NCBI RefSeq assembly: GCF_000150275.1 | Contig: NW_002060957.1 | Location: 62,001-126,000, forward strand | From: Trichoplax adhaerens | Lineage: Eukaryota > Animalia > Placozoa | Length of the DNA stretch: 64,000 nucleotides | Reading direction: 5' to 3' | Shown here: piece by piece, positions 1-12,270 of the stretch | Layout of the letters: every line of letters starts with the position of its first letter | How positions within the stretch are numbered: position 1 is the first letter of the stretch | Translations under genes and position numbers: made by a program | Notes under the pieces: generated by a model | What the model was told of the DNA's origin: nothing | Database searches by the model: none | The model's input: only the letters and a program-made list of their open reading frames with translations

Positions 1-1
1 A

Positions 2-2870
2 TGTGAGGCTCGAGATAGAGGAAGCAGCAAGTGTCGCCTTAATCATGAGATAGTTGCATTACTGGGTAGCAATATTAGGATCGGCAGCTTCTTAAAAATA
101 CAAAGTGATCAATGTTCCTTCTTATGTTCGGTTTGGCCTACGAGAAATTCGCAGAATACGATTCTGATCGATCCTATCATGATGTGTGATCGAACGCCAC
201 AGCGTTGTACAAATTCACCCTACGATTTTAATGTTTTCAACAGAAAATTATCGATCCCCTGTACCGGCATCAGTTTAATCGAAAGTAGCCCTGCTGAATG
301 GGTAAAGATAGTAATAATCATGTCGAAAAAGCAGTTAAAAAAGCGTTCTTCTGTCAGCGATGATGCTATCCAGAAGTTGATTCATTACTTATTACTGGAT
401 AAAGTGATTACAATTGGTACTGTCATGGATTGTCAACATTGGCCTATATCGAAACAGACTATGAAATATATCGAAATTGTCGAGGTCGAGCCTTCATCAA
501 AATTTGCATTAGTTAATGGCCAGACAAAAATTCTGATATCATCATGCGTTAGACTTCCATCGCAAGTTGAAAGGATTAATATTGGTGGCCTAGACAGTGT
601 AGGATCAATGCTAAAGGATTTAGCTAAAGTTAACTTTCAACATTGTCACGAATTTAAAAAGTTAGGCTTACCCTGTGTAAAAGCTGTAATGTTGCATGGC
701 CCTTCTGGGGTTGGTAAAACTTTACTAGTTAGAAAACTAGCTCTAGATCTCGATACTGCGTTGGTAAGACTAAACGGTGCAGATATATATGCAGCATATG
801 AAGGGGAGAGCGAAAAAAATTTGCAGAAATATTTTGATAAAGCTCGCCAAATTGCAAAAAAAGAATGCTGCATACTATTTATCGATGAAGTTGATGCTCT
901 ATGTCCAGGTCAAGATAACGACAGCGAGAACGCGAGTGAGGAATATCAGGTGGTGTCTCTTCTGGCTTCTTTATTAGAAGCGGTAAAACGCGAAAATTTG
1001 CTATTCATCATAGGAGCAACAAATCGACCGGAAGCCATTTCTCCATGTTTATATGGTCCGTGTAAATTCGAACAAGAAGTAAGAATGTGATACAAGTAAT
1101 TATCTGCACGATTCTTAAAATGTAATTACTGTATGGGATTCTGAATTTTACTACTTGCTACTTTTTCTAGATTTATATTGGCATTCCCAATGTCAGCCAA
1201 AGAGAATCGATATTGCAGCTATATACAAGAGATTTGCACTTAGATGCAGATGTCAATTTAAAGGATCTAGCTGAGATGTCGTGTGGGTATGTCGGCGCTG
1301 ACTTGAAATTACTTTGTAAAGAAGCCATGTTTATGGGACTGGAAAGAATGGGCAAGACTACAGCTACTATCGATCAGGAGAGTTGTCAGTTATGTGCTAA
1401 GGATTTTATTAACGCTATTCATCGAATAGTCCCATCAAGTAGGAGAGCTGCAATTGGAACCGTAGAGCTTAAAAAGATTAGTTGGGATGATATTGGTGGA
1501 TTAGAAAACATCAAGTTAAAAATTCAGCAGGTAATCTTAAATATCTTAAACATTTAATACCTCTGAATAACGTTGAAATAATATATTGTTTGCTGAATTT
1601 TAAAATTGAAGGCTATAGAATGGCCATTAAAATATCCCCAAGCGTTTGCTAGGCTTGGGCTTCCTAGGCCAAGAGGTGTGCTTTTATTTGGCCCTCCAGG
1701 TTGTAGTAAAACTACTTTAGTCCGTGCAGCTGCCAGTAGTTGCCACGTCACATTCCTTTCATTAAGTGGTGCCCAATTATATTCTCCATACATTGGCGAT
1801 TCCGAGCGTGCCATCCGTCAGGTAAACAAAAAGTTATCCCTCAACTATTTCTATGGATTACTGAAGCTCTAAAACTTTGTATGAGGCTGTCAGACAACTG
1901 TTTAAGTCTCGTTGTTAGAATGGAAAATGTAGTTGCTTTATTCCTGTGCTCTCCTATATTATGTAGGCATTTCTGCAAGCACGGACTAGCTCGCCTTGCA
2001 TTCTTTTCTTGGACGAAATTGATACCATTGTAAGTCGAAGGCTTAAGAACAGCAAAAATAGCGTACAAGACCGTGTTCTCTCTACCCTATTAAACGAAAT
2101 GGATGGTATTTCGACAGCACGCTCCTATCATGGTTAGAACTATCTGCTTTATGAAGCACCCAACATATTGTTAAAAATAATATACTTACAACGCATAATT
2201 TTGTATTTGTTAGCAATACCTGAGAAGAAAATGAAGGAAACTGAGCCTACCTTATCAAATGTAAAGGATGAAAGTAGACCTCTAGCGACAGCTATTTCTT
2301 CCACAAAGAAATCGAACTATCAAATAGATGATGGTGTCATTGTTGTATGTGCTACAAATAGACCGGATATGTTGGACGATGCTTTATTAAGGCCAGGGAG
2401 AATGGATCGTATTATTTATGTTCCTCCGCCAGAACGAGACGAAAGATTAAAAATTCTCAAAGTTCATACACGCTGTATGCCATTAGAGAGCAACGTTGAT
2501 CTAGCTACGATTGCAGATACAACAAACATGTATAGTGGAGCAGACTTGGAAAATGTCTGCAGAGAGGTATAGCTTCAGAATTTTAAATTCTTACATCACC
2601 ATTAATAGTGTTAATGTAGTAGTATCAATAGCTGGCCGACAAGTGTATTTAGTTTTTTGATGCAATAATGTAAGAATTTCTCCAAATTGTATTGATTGAT
2701 ATCATTCTATTTAGGCTGCCATGGAAGCAATGAGACACAACGGGGTATCCGTAGAAAAAGTTAATAATCAAAATTTTATTCAAGCTGCGCGAATTATAAA
2801 TGCTAGTTTATCGATTCCGCAACTCAATGAATATGAAAAATTCTGCCAACGCAAATTACATACAAAGTGA
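2..2870 (+). CDS. SPATA5L1: SPATA5L1/AFG2B double-AAA ATPase, 5' end outside window. Exons about <2-1078, 1171-1530, 1612-1821, 1967-2132, 2214-2566, 2715-2870
   Basis: Frame is open from base 2 ([13 protein letters not shown]...FLCSVWP...IDP), resembling the SPATA5L1 N-terminus. D1 has GPSGVGKT and ILFIDEVD; D2 has [22 protein letters not shown] and [24 protein letters not shown] introns join in frame; TGA at 2868-2870. Confidence 0.9.
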
Positions 2871-3578
2871 AATATTTATTTAAAATATAGCCTTAAAAGT
2901 TGTAATTTTATATCCAAATTTACCAATTGTATATGTTGTACAAAAGAAGTGGACACCCTACATTATCGATTGCGATGTTCTACCTGTATGGTAGTATGAC
3001 AGACTATTTTAGTTTTCATCTGTTCTATCCATTTGCAAATACAACAACGAAAATCGCAAGTGATTACGAAAAACGTGAAATAGACACGATAAAATCGATT
3101 TAAAATTTTCACAACGTACAGTAAATACGTTTTACTTTCTATATATATACACATTGTACAAGATAATATTATAGGAACTAACTAATAAATAAATAAATAC
3201 CGCGATCTTTTGGCTTGCTTTTTCAGCAACTTTGTTACAACGATCTACGGTTAATTTGAAACAGTAGCTATAGCTGAACATATAGATTATGACTTACTGC
3301 CTATCTGTTTACATGAGTAATTGAGTAGTTAATACGAGTACACACACGCCAATGATTTGAGAGTAACTCGAGACAGATCGAAATTTGCTATCAGTCTACT
3401 TAATAAAGTTATGATTGCGTAACTAGACTAAGCAAGGTAACATGCTCAGCAATGAGTATTTGCATATACTATTCTAATGTATGAACAGCATGTAGCTGAA
3501 ATAGGATTAGCAAAAAATCAATTTCAAAACTGTAGCACGACGTATGTGCAATTTTATAATTTCAACTGGTTGATATAA

Positions 3579-4265
3579 TTATATCCACCTTTGCATTTCC
3601 TGGTAAAATTCAAATGCTGAAGTGACTGATTCCTCCGCTGAGGATATTTTGTTAGTCATTGGTTGAAAATCGAACGGAGAAACTTCAGAAAAATAATCAT
3701 TTGGTAAACAATCATCAATATGAGTAATTGGTTCAGTGCTCTTGCGGATATATTTTGTCTTGGTAGCTGGAACAGTTTTCAGCACAAGTGCGGAATCTTC
3801 GCCTTCCAGAGGTAGCAAAGAGTGATATCGTTGCTGATTTCTGCCAGTGTTTAAGGCATGGCTTGCTTTACTGTTGACACTTGCTTTGATTTCATCAGTT
3901 AAAATAACGTCCGGTATATCAGAATTCTCTAATTGTTTTAACGTATTCCTAATCACTTTCGTCGAATTCAATCGAGGTTGACTGAGTAGAACTTGCCGAT
4001 GTTGCAATAAATTTCCATTAGTTTCTCCATTATCACTACTCTTTTCTTTGCGTTGGGCAGGAATTTTTGTCGGGATACGGCTACCATTCTTTTCAGTTTT
4101 AAGGCTATCATTAGCAAAATTGACATGTTTCTTATTTTCATTGTCATGGCGTGTTACCTGGACACGAATTGGAGTATCTTGACGGTTTACATCTTTAAAT
4201 TGTTGAATAGGTGCTGGTGGGGATCTAATTTGCGGTCGTTTATTAAGGTAATCGCCTGTTGCCAT
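3579..4265 (-). CDS. PPP1R35: PPP1R35-like centriolar PP1-interacting protein, single coding exon (ATG 4265; alternative in-frame ATG 4280)
   Basis: RVxF-type motif KHVNF, then QPRLNST, ALNTGRNQQRYHSLLPLE and C-terminal AFEFYQEMQRWI. These resemble, from memory, the PPP1R35 C-terminal blocks LNVPRSKRLFRDLVSL and FDLFLKLRQW. Confidence 0.7.
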   Translation of the reverse strand: MATGDYLNKRPQIRSPPAPIQQFKDVNRQDTPIRVQVTRHDNENKKHVNFANDSLKTEKNGSRIPTKIPAQRKEKSSDNGETNGNLLQHRQVLLSQPRLNSTKVIRNTLKQLENSDIPDVILTDEIKASVNSKASHALNTGRNQQRYHSLLPLEGEDSALVLKTVPATKTKYIRKSTEPITHIDDCLPNDYFSEVSPFDFQPMTNKISSAEESVTSAFEFYQEMQRWI

Positions 4266-5212
4266 TGCAGAGGTCTTCATTAAAAATAATTCAATGAATG
4301 GAGAAACGGGTTGCAGTAAGAAAAAACTACTACTAGAAGGAATGATTAATGAGTACAACGAGATGCGATGGCAATTAGCAGACCAGGATAATGATAACGT
4401 TGAGCTGGAGAGTCTGTCTTGAGGAATGAAATGACCATCAAGCCACGGACATGATTGGAAACATTTAACGATACTTGTCTCTTGTAAGAATATCGAATTC
4501 AGAGAAGATAGAAGAGATTCAAGGTGACTAGGAGCCAATTTGTGCACTATGCCGTAAACGGAATATCAGGCTTTCTCCAGCTCATTAATCTTTGGAATCT
4601 TGAAGGTTACGTTTTCTAGACCCTTGGCCTCCAAGTTTGATTTATCATCGCTTTCTTTCGTTTAAAATTTCCCGCGTAGTAGTAGACTGTACTGAAAGGT
4701 ATCAAAAGCTGGATTGGAAAGCTAGATACCAAGCAAATGGAAGAATCTCACACTATTACTGGCTTTCTACTTAGTCTCTTTCAATAGAATGCGACCAGCA
4801 CCTTTCGCAAAATCACTTAAAGCCAAGCAAATCGGCTGACAAAGATTTTCATAGACTGGCAAAGTAAAACTGTCGAGATAGGCAGAGGTTAAGTAAACTT
4901 AATTCAAAATCAATTTCAGTCTACTGTCGAATGTAGTCGAGAGTGTTGCATACTGAGCTCTACAACTACCGTAGAGTACGACAACCCTGTATGGCATCAA
5001 CACTGGGGGATAGCCAAGTTGCCAGGATCGCGCAGGTACCTCCGGCAGCTTTAAATCTCAGTTTTCCTTGCAAGTCAAAACGATACAAATTGCTGTATCC
5101 AAATGACTTGTTGCGGTACTGTGGCACATCCACTATCCATCATACAAGTTTCTACACGAATCGCATCCATCGACTATCCAATTTCATAATAATCCGCCCA
5201 GTAGGCAGTTTA

Positions 5213-5698
5213 CTAATCGTATCCATCTACTAATCCAATTTGATAATAATACATGCAGTAAGCTTTGCCTTTGGTAAGCCTATGTTAGTGTTGATCTTCA
5301 TCTACCTACATTAATCGTATTCATCTACGATCCAATTTGATAATAATACATGCAGTAAGCTTTGCCTTTGGTAAGCCTATGTTGGAGTTGATCTTCATCT
5401 ACCTACACTAATCGTATCCATCTACTATCCAATTTGATAATAATACATGCAGTAAGCTTTGCCTTTGGTAAGCCTATGTCGGTGTTGATCTTCATTTACC
5501 TACACTAATCGTATCCATCTACTATCCAATTTGATAATCATACATGGAGTAAGCTTTGCCTTTGGTAAGCCTATGTTGGTGTTGATCTTCATTTACCTAC
5601 ACTAATCGTATCAATCTACTAATCCAATTTGATAATAATACATGGAGTAGGCCTTTGCCTATGGTATACATGAGTTGGTGTTGATCTTCATCTACCTA
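5213..5698. repeat. Tandem repeat, 97-98 bp unit x5, plus a degenerate partial copy at ~5157-5212
   Basis: taatcgtatccatctac...gtaagctttgcctttggtaagcctatg...gatcttcatctacctac starts at 5214, 5312, 5409, 5506 and 5603. Confidence 0.95.
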
Positions 5699-5919
5699 TT
5701 GGAAATCTTGCATATTTAATCCTACTTCTGTCGGCAGCTGAATATTCGAAAGAACTGTAAGTACCGAGTGCACGAGCAGTAGCTTATACTCCTACTGGTT
5801 GATTAGCATGAGTACTTTTACTAGAATAGCACGCCAAATCAAGTTCATCCACTTTCCTCAACTACAAATAGATTAATAGTTTAGTCCGGTAATAAACCGG
5901 GTACTATCACGCCCAACCA

Positions 5920-6740
5920 TGCTAGTCGATCCTCGAATCTTGGAAGATAGATATCGTTTAATTCGAATCTAATCTGTAAAGATAGATATACTTCTAATCT
6001 AGCCAGTAAAGATAGATATTCTTCTAATCTAGCCAGTAAAGATAGATATATTACTAATCTAGTCAGTAAAGATAGATGTACTTGAATTCTAATCGAATCC
6101 GTAAACATACGCATGCCTAAATTCGAATAAGTCAAGATACGATTCGAAATGCTTGATTTCTAATCTACCAAGTCATTATAGACATGTTTGAATCCTAATC
6201 GAGTAAGTGTAGATAGATGTATTATTCTCATCTAGTCAGCGAAGATAGATACTCGTTTACGTTAACCCTAATCTAATCGATGAAGACAAATACGCTTCGT
6301 TCTAATTTAATAAGTAAAGATACTCGTAGATAGACGCGAAGATGCTTTAATCCTAATCTAGTAAGTAAACGTACAAATAAGTAGGTTGTGATTCTAATCT
6401 AATCAGTGAAAGATCGACATGCTTCAATTATTCCTAATCGAGTTGGTGTTCCTTTTCTCATTTTACGTCTATGATTCTGATGTAGTCTGTAGTAAAAGAT
6501 AGATTTTAATCTCAATCTAATAGGTGGCGATAGATACGCTTTTACTTTAACCTACAGTAATAATAAAGTGAAGATATAGTAGGCTTGTTTTAATTTTAAT
6601 TTAGTAAGTAAAGATAAATATCAATGCTCTTTAATTCTAGCCTAGTAAGTGAAGATATACGTATACATATACTTATTATAATCCAGGAAATGCAGATAGA
6701 ATATACTTTACTCCAGATCTAGTCAGTGTGTAAGATATAC
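5920..6740. repeat. Minisatellite of ~30 bp (ttctaatctagccagtaaagatagatata), near-perfect at 5990-6080 and degenerate outwards
   Basis: Near-identical copies at ~5992, 6022 and 6052; ctaatctag...gtaaagata variants recur to ~6740. Confidence 0.85.
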
Positions 6741-6849
6741 TGCTGTAGGCACTCTTTAAATTATAGCTTTAAAATGCTATTTCAACTCGTTTTATAGTTA
6801 ATCGATGGTACGTAACCTTAACTAAACAACTTTTCTTGACTAGGAGAAC

Positions 6850-8079
6850 ATGATATCCGCTGGACATTTTGATATTGCCATTATTGGTCCTGGTTGCTTT
6901 GGTTCAGCATGTGCATACCACTTAACAAAATTATGCAACAAGAAAGTTTGCCTCATCGGCCCTAATGAACCCCAAGGTCCTCGCAGTGATAGTAAAAATT
7001 CCGTGTTTGCATCACATTACGATACCGGCAGAATAACTTGCTGCTCTGGAACCAACCCAGTCTCACCTCGTTTAAATCAGAGATCAATCAATCGATACCG
7101 TGAAATAGAATCAGAAAGTGGTATCTCATTTTTTAATCCTGTAGGATTTATTGCAATCGGTACAAAGGATAGCGAATTTATTCGAGTTACGGAAAAATGC
7201 CTTGATCAATTTAAAATTGAAGCTGAAATATTAGACAGTAATCAACTAACGGATAAATTTCCTTATTTAACCATACCAAGTAATTACGTAGGTATCTATC
7301 AACCAGAAAAAGCTGGTTATATTGATATTCGTCGCTGCGTGCAAGCTCAAATTAAAGTAGCCCAACTACAAGGTTGCATTCGTATCGCAGAAATTGTTGA
7401 ATCAATTGTGGAAAACAAAGATGGTAAATTAAAAATTTCTACAGAAACTGGTCGCTACATTACTGCTGATAAAATTGTTCTAGCAACCGGTGCCTTTACT
7501 AAGTGTAAGGATCTAATGGCAAGCTGGAATCGAAAATTAGATTTAGATGTAAGAAGAGAAACAACGGTCAAACTGCAAGTTAATGCCAAAGGCTTACAAG
7601 ACCTAAGTACAATGCCATCCTTAATTTATGCCGATGCCACTGAACCACGCCATGTGTGCTATATTTTGCCACCTATTAAATACAATGATGACGGTGTTTA
7701 TTATCTCAAGATAGGCCACGGGTTACATTATAGTAAAAAAATCGATCCTGAAAATCTTGTTCAATGGTATCATGGCTCGGGTGATCCTGACGCTGAGACT
7801 TCTCTGAAACAGATATTAAAAAAATTGATACCTCACGACTACTTTACAGCTTCCAAGTGTGATAGTTGTGCTATTGCTCGTACACCTCATCGTTCTCCTA
7901 TGATTGATAAAGTTGGCAACAATGTTACTATCTTAGTTGGAGGTAATGGTGGATCTGCAAAATCATGCAACGAAATTGGCTACATAGGTGCATTGAATGT
8001 TTTACACCGCAAATGGCATTACGATATACCGGCGTCAGTATTTCAGGTTTGTTATGAAGAAAACGAATCAAAGCTTTAA
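6850..8079 (+). CDS. FAD-dependent oxidoreductase, DAO/monomeric sarcosine oxidase-like family, paralog 1; intronless; C-terminal PTS1 SKL
   Basis: 409 aa ORF with Rossmann motif IIGPGCFGS, HYDTGRIT, VLATGAF, YLKIGH, DSCAIART and GGNGGSAKS; ends ESKL. Confidence 0.9.
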   Translation: MISAGHFDIAIIGPGCFGSACAYHLTKLCNKKVCLIGPNEPQGPRSDSKNSVFASHYDTGRITCCSGTNPVSPRLNQRSINRYREIESESGISFFNPVGFIAIGTKDSEFIRVTEKCLDQFKIEAEILDSNQLTDKFPYLTIPSNYVGIYQPEKAGYIDIRRCVQAQIKVAQLQGCIRIAEIVESIVENKDGKLKISTETGRYITADKIVLATGAFTKCKDLMASWNRKLDLDVRRETTVKLQVNAKGLQDLSTMPSLIYADATEPRHVCYILPPIKYNDDGVYYLKIGHGLHYSKKIDPENLVQWYHGSGDPDAETSLKQILKKLIPHDYFTASKCDSCAIARTPHRSPMIDKVGNNVTILVGGNGGSAKSCNEIGYIGALNVLHRKWHYDIPASVFQVCYEENESKL

Positions 8080-8788
8080 GGTGGTAGTCCCTATAGCTTA
8101 CTGTAAAAATATCAACAACGCAACGATATTTTCATTATTCTGTTATTAAGTAACGCTGATTAAGCTATGATTAAAAAAAGGAATCCTTCCAATATTTCGA
8201 GGATATCCAACTTGCTCTACACATCCAGAACGCCAACAGTCAATACGATATTGGATGAAATTGCTATATCAAATGTGTTGTCTACTAACTCATTTATACA
8301 GTATTATGCGCAAAAATATTAACTTATAGCACTTATTGATCAACCATAAGGTATCAGTGCAAGAAAAATAGCCACTACGCTATTTTGGTATTATTTATTA
8401 CTGGCATAAAAATCTTGATCATAAACCGACACGGTCGTGTTACACATTAAGAGCGCCAAATATTACCATGTGATTTTATAGTCTGTTAACAATTTAAGTT
8501 ACCCTATGTTAAAATTAGCACTTGATGAAGATATCTTATCAGAAAATTTAATTAAATACTTTATCAATAAACTCATCCATCTTTTGATATGCCACGTTCT
8601 ATGAATTTAAACAACCTGTGCAAAATACTGGTTCTTTATTTTAGTGAATATATAATATTTCAATAAGGATAATACCTAAGTGATTACATTTGATTATGTT
8701 GTCGCTTCGTTATCATCTTTAATGCCAACTGTTGATAGAGAACAATACTTTGTACTGTCCTTTTAAGATGTAAAATAATGTGATGCAA

Positions 8789-10012
8789 TTAATTCTGCTT
8801 AAAATAAACGGAAAATTCACTCTTTGGAATATCGTAAGACCAATCATTACTTAATGCTGTTAAAGCACCCAAATGCCCAATTTCGTCTGCTGATTTAGCC
8901 GCATGAGAACAACCGCCAGTTAACACAGTAACTCCTTCGTTAACTTCACCAATCATGACATGATTGCTAGGAGTGTGAGTGGAAACGCAATGGTCAGTAA
9001 CTACAGAGCCATATTCAAATGTTGGCATTAATCGATTTATTGTTTTTACCAAGACCTCCACAAGATTGTCAGATTCAACATTGCGATACCACTCAATAAC
9101 TTGCTGATGATCATCTAGTTTATCAGAACCAGTCAAGCCATGACCAATCTTAATATAAAATTTTCCATCATCATAACGAATTGGTGGTAGGATATAGCAA
9201 TCGTAACGAGCATCTTTGCCAGTGAAATAGATGACAGCTGGCATTGACTTCATATCTCGCAAATCCTTATCTTTAACTTGTAGTTTAACTACTGTTTCTT
9301 TCATCAATTCAATATCCAATTGCTTTGGGGGATCTGGTAACAACTTTTTAAAGGGCGTAAAAGCACCTGTAGCAAGAATCACTTTACCACTATATAAATA
9401 ATTTCCCTTTTCAGTGACAATTTTAAATTGGCCACGATCATCTCGATCGACCCTATCAACAATTTCTTTAATTAATGTACATCCTTGTTTTTGAGCTATC
9501 GTCATTTGTGCAATAACATGTTGACGAATATTAATGTAGCCACCTTGACTTGGTTGATAAATACCAACGCATGAGGGAGGAAAAGAAAAATAAGGAAATT
9601 TCGATTTGAGCTGCTGATGATCAAGCAATTCAAATTCGACTTGCAAAAGTTTGGCACATTCCTTTACTTTATCAATATAGCTAGTTCCTTCTTCAACGAC
9701 ACCTAAATATCCAGATGGAGTATAAAATTGCATATTTGATTTTTCTTCTACTTCTACATAGCGTGGTATGGAACGTTGAGCTAACTTGGCCCATACAAGA
9801 TCAGGATCTAGAATTCGTGTAATTCTGCCAGCATCGTAATGAGCTCCATACACACTGCGCTCAGTATCTTGTGATCTTGGATGATCGGGTTCATCCGGTC
9901 CTATCAAGCAAATTTTCTTCTCACAAAGTTGACTTAAATGTCGTGCACAAGCAGATCCAATGCAACCAGCACCTATGATAGTAATATCGAAAGAGCCCAA
10001 ATCTGTCCCCAT
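8789..10012 (-). CDS. FAD-dependent sarcosine-oxidase-like oxidoreductase, paralog 2; intronless; no PTS1
   Basis: 407 aa ORF with IIGAGCIGS, HYDAGRITR, ILATGAF, YIKIGH, DHCVSTHT and GGCSHAAKS; ends FKQN. Confidence 0.9.
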   Translation of the reverse strand: MGTDLGSFDITIIGAGCIGSACARHLSQLCEKKICLIGPDEPDHPRSQDTERSVYGAHYDAGRITRILDPDLVWAKLAQRSIPRYVEVEEKSNMQFYTPSGYLGVVEEGTSYIDKVKECAKLLQVEFELLDHQQLKSKFPYFSFPPSCVGIYQPSQGGYINIRQHVIAQMTIAQKQGCTLIKEIVDRVDRDDRGQFKIVTEKGNYLYSGKVILATGAFTPFKKLLPDPPKQLDIELMKETVVKLQVKDKDLRDMKSMPAVIYFTGKDARYDCYILPPIRYDDGKFYIKIGHGLTGSDKLDDHQQVIEWYRNVESDNLVEVLVKTINRLMPTFEYGSVVTDHCVSTHTPSNHVMIGEVNEGVTVLTGGCSHAAKSADEIGHLGALTALSNDWSYDIPKSEFSVYFKQN

Positions 10013-11040
10013 ATTGATTTTAGAAGCGATTCTACAGAGTCTATATTAATGTGTGTATCGTATAGTACTACAAATAACGGTTACAATAATCGTTGCAGCA
10101 CCATAAAATTGAAAACTTTAGATAAGATTATACGTTACAACACAGCACAGTAGTATCAATTTTTGATCCGATTATTTGTTTACAGCACTGCAAAAGTACC
10201 GATTTAATATCCGATTTTGTAGATTGCACTATTATACGGGCACAATAGCAATAAAAATACTGTAATATTCACAATTATTGTTGCAACAGTGTTCTTAAAA
10301 TTAAACAGCTAAATCTTAATAACACGTAGTCACCCGACGATCATTCGATTGCAAGTATTCGAGCTTCGCAAGATTGAAATTTGATGAATCTTCAGTCAGC
10401 AGCTACTATCCAGTACTGTAGGTTAATTATTAGCTCAAGTACTGATACTTAGCACTATTCCATTCAATTTACTTGCTAATATCAAATTATTCTAGAAACG
10501 ATGAGCATCCAGATGATAATTAATTAATCGATTCCAGAGATTAAAAGTAATCTATACGAGTACAACTAGATAACGTGATGGACTATATGCTGCAGTATGC
10601 TCGCGTATGCACGATAGAGATTGCTATATACAGTATATTGCCACTCAGTACTATACCGTAATATCAATTTGTATGAGTACTGTAAGTTTACTTAATTTAT
10701 GCAGTAAACAAATCAATTCATCGCGATAAACTAACGGATTTAAGAGTACTAGAACAGCAAGTAAAAGTAATAGAACGAAAGCCATGGAACGAGTAAGGGC
10801 TATTCTAGCTTTATAAAATAACTCATGTGCTTAAGTTATGTTCCTATAAGATTGGTTGGAAATGCTTGCACAGATTAAGCTGATTTAATGTGAATAAGAT
10901 ACGAGAATTAGCATTTCGTAACAGTCTAGATAGTACAAGAGATTTATTAAGATATTTCTTGTATCCAATCCAAATTATCATAAAATTGTTATGTGTATGA
11001 TTGATTGAATAGAAGTACTAGTATAGTGCATAGACGGAAG

Positions 11041-12270
11041 ATGGAAAAAAATGAAGAGAATAGCTATGATGTTGCAGTGATTGGAGCTGGGTGCATGGGA
11101 TCTGCTTGTGCACGCCATTTAGCCGAATGTTACAAGGGAATGAAAGTTTGCCTTATTGGCCCTGATGAGCCCACTTTACCTCGTAGTCAAAGCGGTCGCA
11201 GCGTTTTCGCTGCTTATTATGACCAAGGAAGAATTACACGACGTTTAGATACTGATCCTGTTTGGTCAAGAATAGCAGATCGCTCCATTTCACGTTATCC
11301 ATATCTGCAAGAATCAACCGGTATTCAATATTATAGTGAAGTTGGATCGATCATCATTGGACCCAAACAGGATATCATTTGGGGAAAAATCGAAAAGTGT
11401 GCTAAAGACTTGCAAATTAATTACAATCGATTAAATAATAAGGACTTAAAGTCTAGATTCCCTTATCTTCATCTCGCCGATGATTATATCGGATTTTATG
11501 AAGCCAATTCTGCAGGTTATATTTCTCCTCGAGGTCAAGTCAAGGCAGAAATAAAAGCTGCTATGGATAATGGATGCCAATTAATCAGAGATATTGTTTA
11601 TCAAGTTCAACGAAGTCAAGATGGAAAATTTATTATTACAACGGAATCCAATCGGGTTATAAGCAGCCAAAAGATTGTAGTCGCAACAGGTGCTTTTACA
11701 TTATTTAAAGACATCATACCAACCGATATTCGTAAAAAGTTGGCTATTACATGTGGTACTCAAACTGTAGTAAAATTACAAGTAAGCGAAGAAGAGTTAA
11801 AAGATTATACTGGTATGCCATGTATTCTACACCGCAACTCTAGTCAACAGAATGGAGATTGGTACTTGTTGCCACCAATTCTTTATCCTAATGGCAAATA
11901 TTACATTAAAATTGGTCATAGCAAAGATTTTATTCGCGAAATAAACACTTATGAGCATGTATTAGAATGGTTTCATGGCACTGGTGATATTGAAGCAAAA
12001 AACACTTTAGTCGACATCATAAATCACTTTCTGCCCCACTTTAAGCCAGTTTCTATAGAATCAGATTGTTGTGCTTATACTCTTACCCCTCATAATCATG
12101 TTATGATTGGTAACATCGCAGAAGGTATGGTGTTACTAACTGGTGGTAATGGTCATGCAGCTAAATCAGCAGATGAACTTGGCAGAATTGGTGCTTTAAC
12201 AATCATGAATGAATCGTGGAATTATGATATTTCCAGTGAAGAGTTTAAATTATGCTTGAACTCATCATGA
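11041..12270 (+). CDS. FAD-dependent sarcosine-oxidase-like oxidoreductase, paralog 3; intronless; no PTS1
   Basis: First ATG at 11041 (the ORF track starts at a TTG). Motifs VIGAGCMGS, YYDQGRITR, DCCAYTLT and GGNGHAAKS; ends LNSS. Confidence 0.9.
   Translation: MEKNEENSYDVAVIGAGCMGSACARHLAECYKGMKVCLIGPDEPTLPRSQSGRSVFAAYYDQGRITRRLDTDPVWSRIADRSISRYPYLQESTGIQYYSEVGSIIIGPKQDIIWGKIEKCAKDLQINYNRLNNKDLKSRFPYLHLADDYIGFYEANSAGYISPRGQVKAEIKAAMDNGCQLIRDIVYQVQRSQDGKFIITTESNRVISSQKIVVATGAFTLFKDIIPTDIRKKLAITCGTQTVVKLQVSEEELKDYTGMPCILHRNSSQQNGDWYLLPPILYPNGKYYIKIGHSKDFIREINTYEHVLEWFHGTGDIEAKNTLVDIINHFLPHFKPVSIESDCCAYTLTPHNHVMIGNIAEGMVLLTGGNGHAAKSADELGRIGALTIMNESWNYDISSEEFKLCLNSS

Noticed and set aside
1681-1720. 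Non-canonical D2 Walker A GPPGCSKT
   Set aside because: GPPGC(S/A)KT is normal for the SPATA5/AFG2 family.
4281-4547. N-terminal extension of the PPP1R35-like ORF
   Set aside because: GTG start and no recognisable similarity; probably UTR.
5213-5698. CRISPR-like array
   Set aside because: The whole 97-bp unit repeats, with no unique spacers and no cas genes; the context is eukaryotic.
5881-6135. 84 aa ORF with LLARLE repeats
   Set aside because: By-product of the 30-bp minisatellite; starts at a non-ATG codon.
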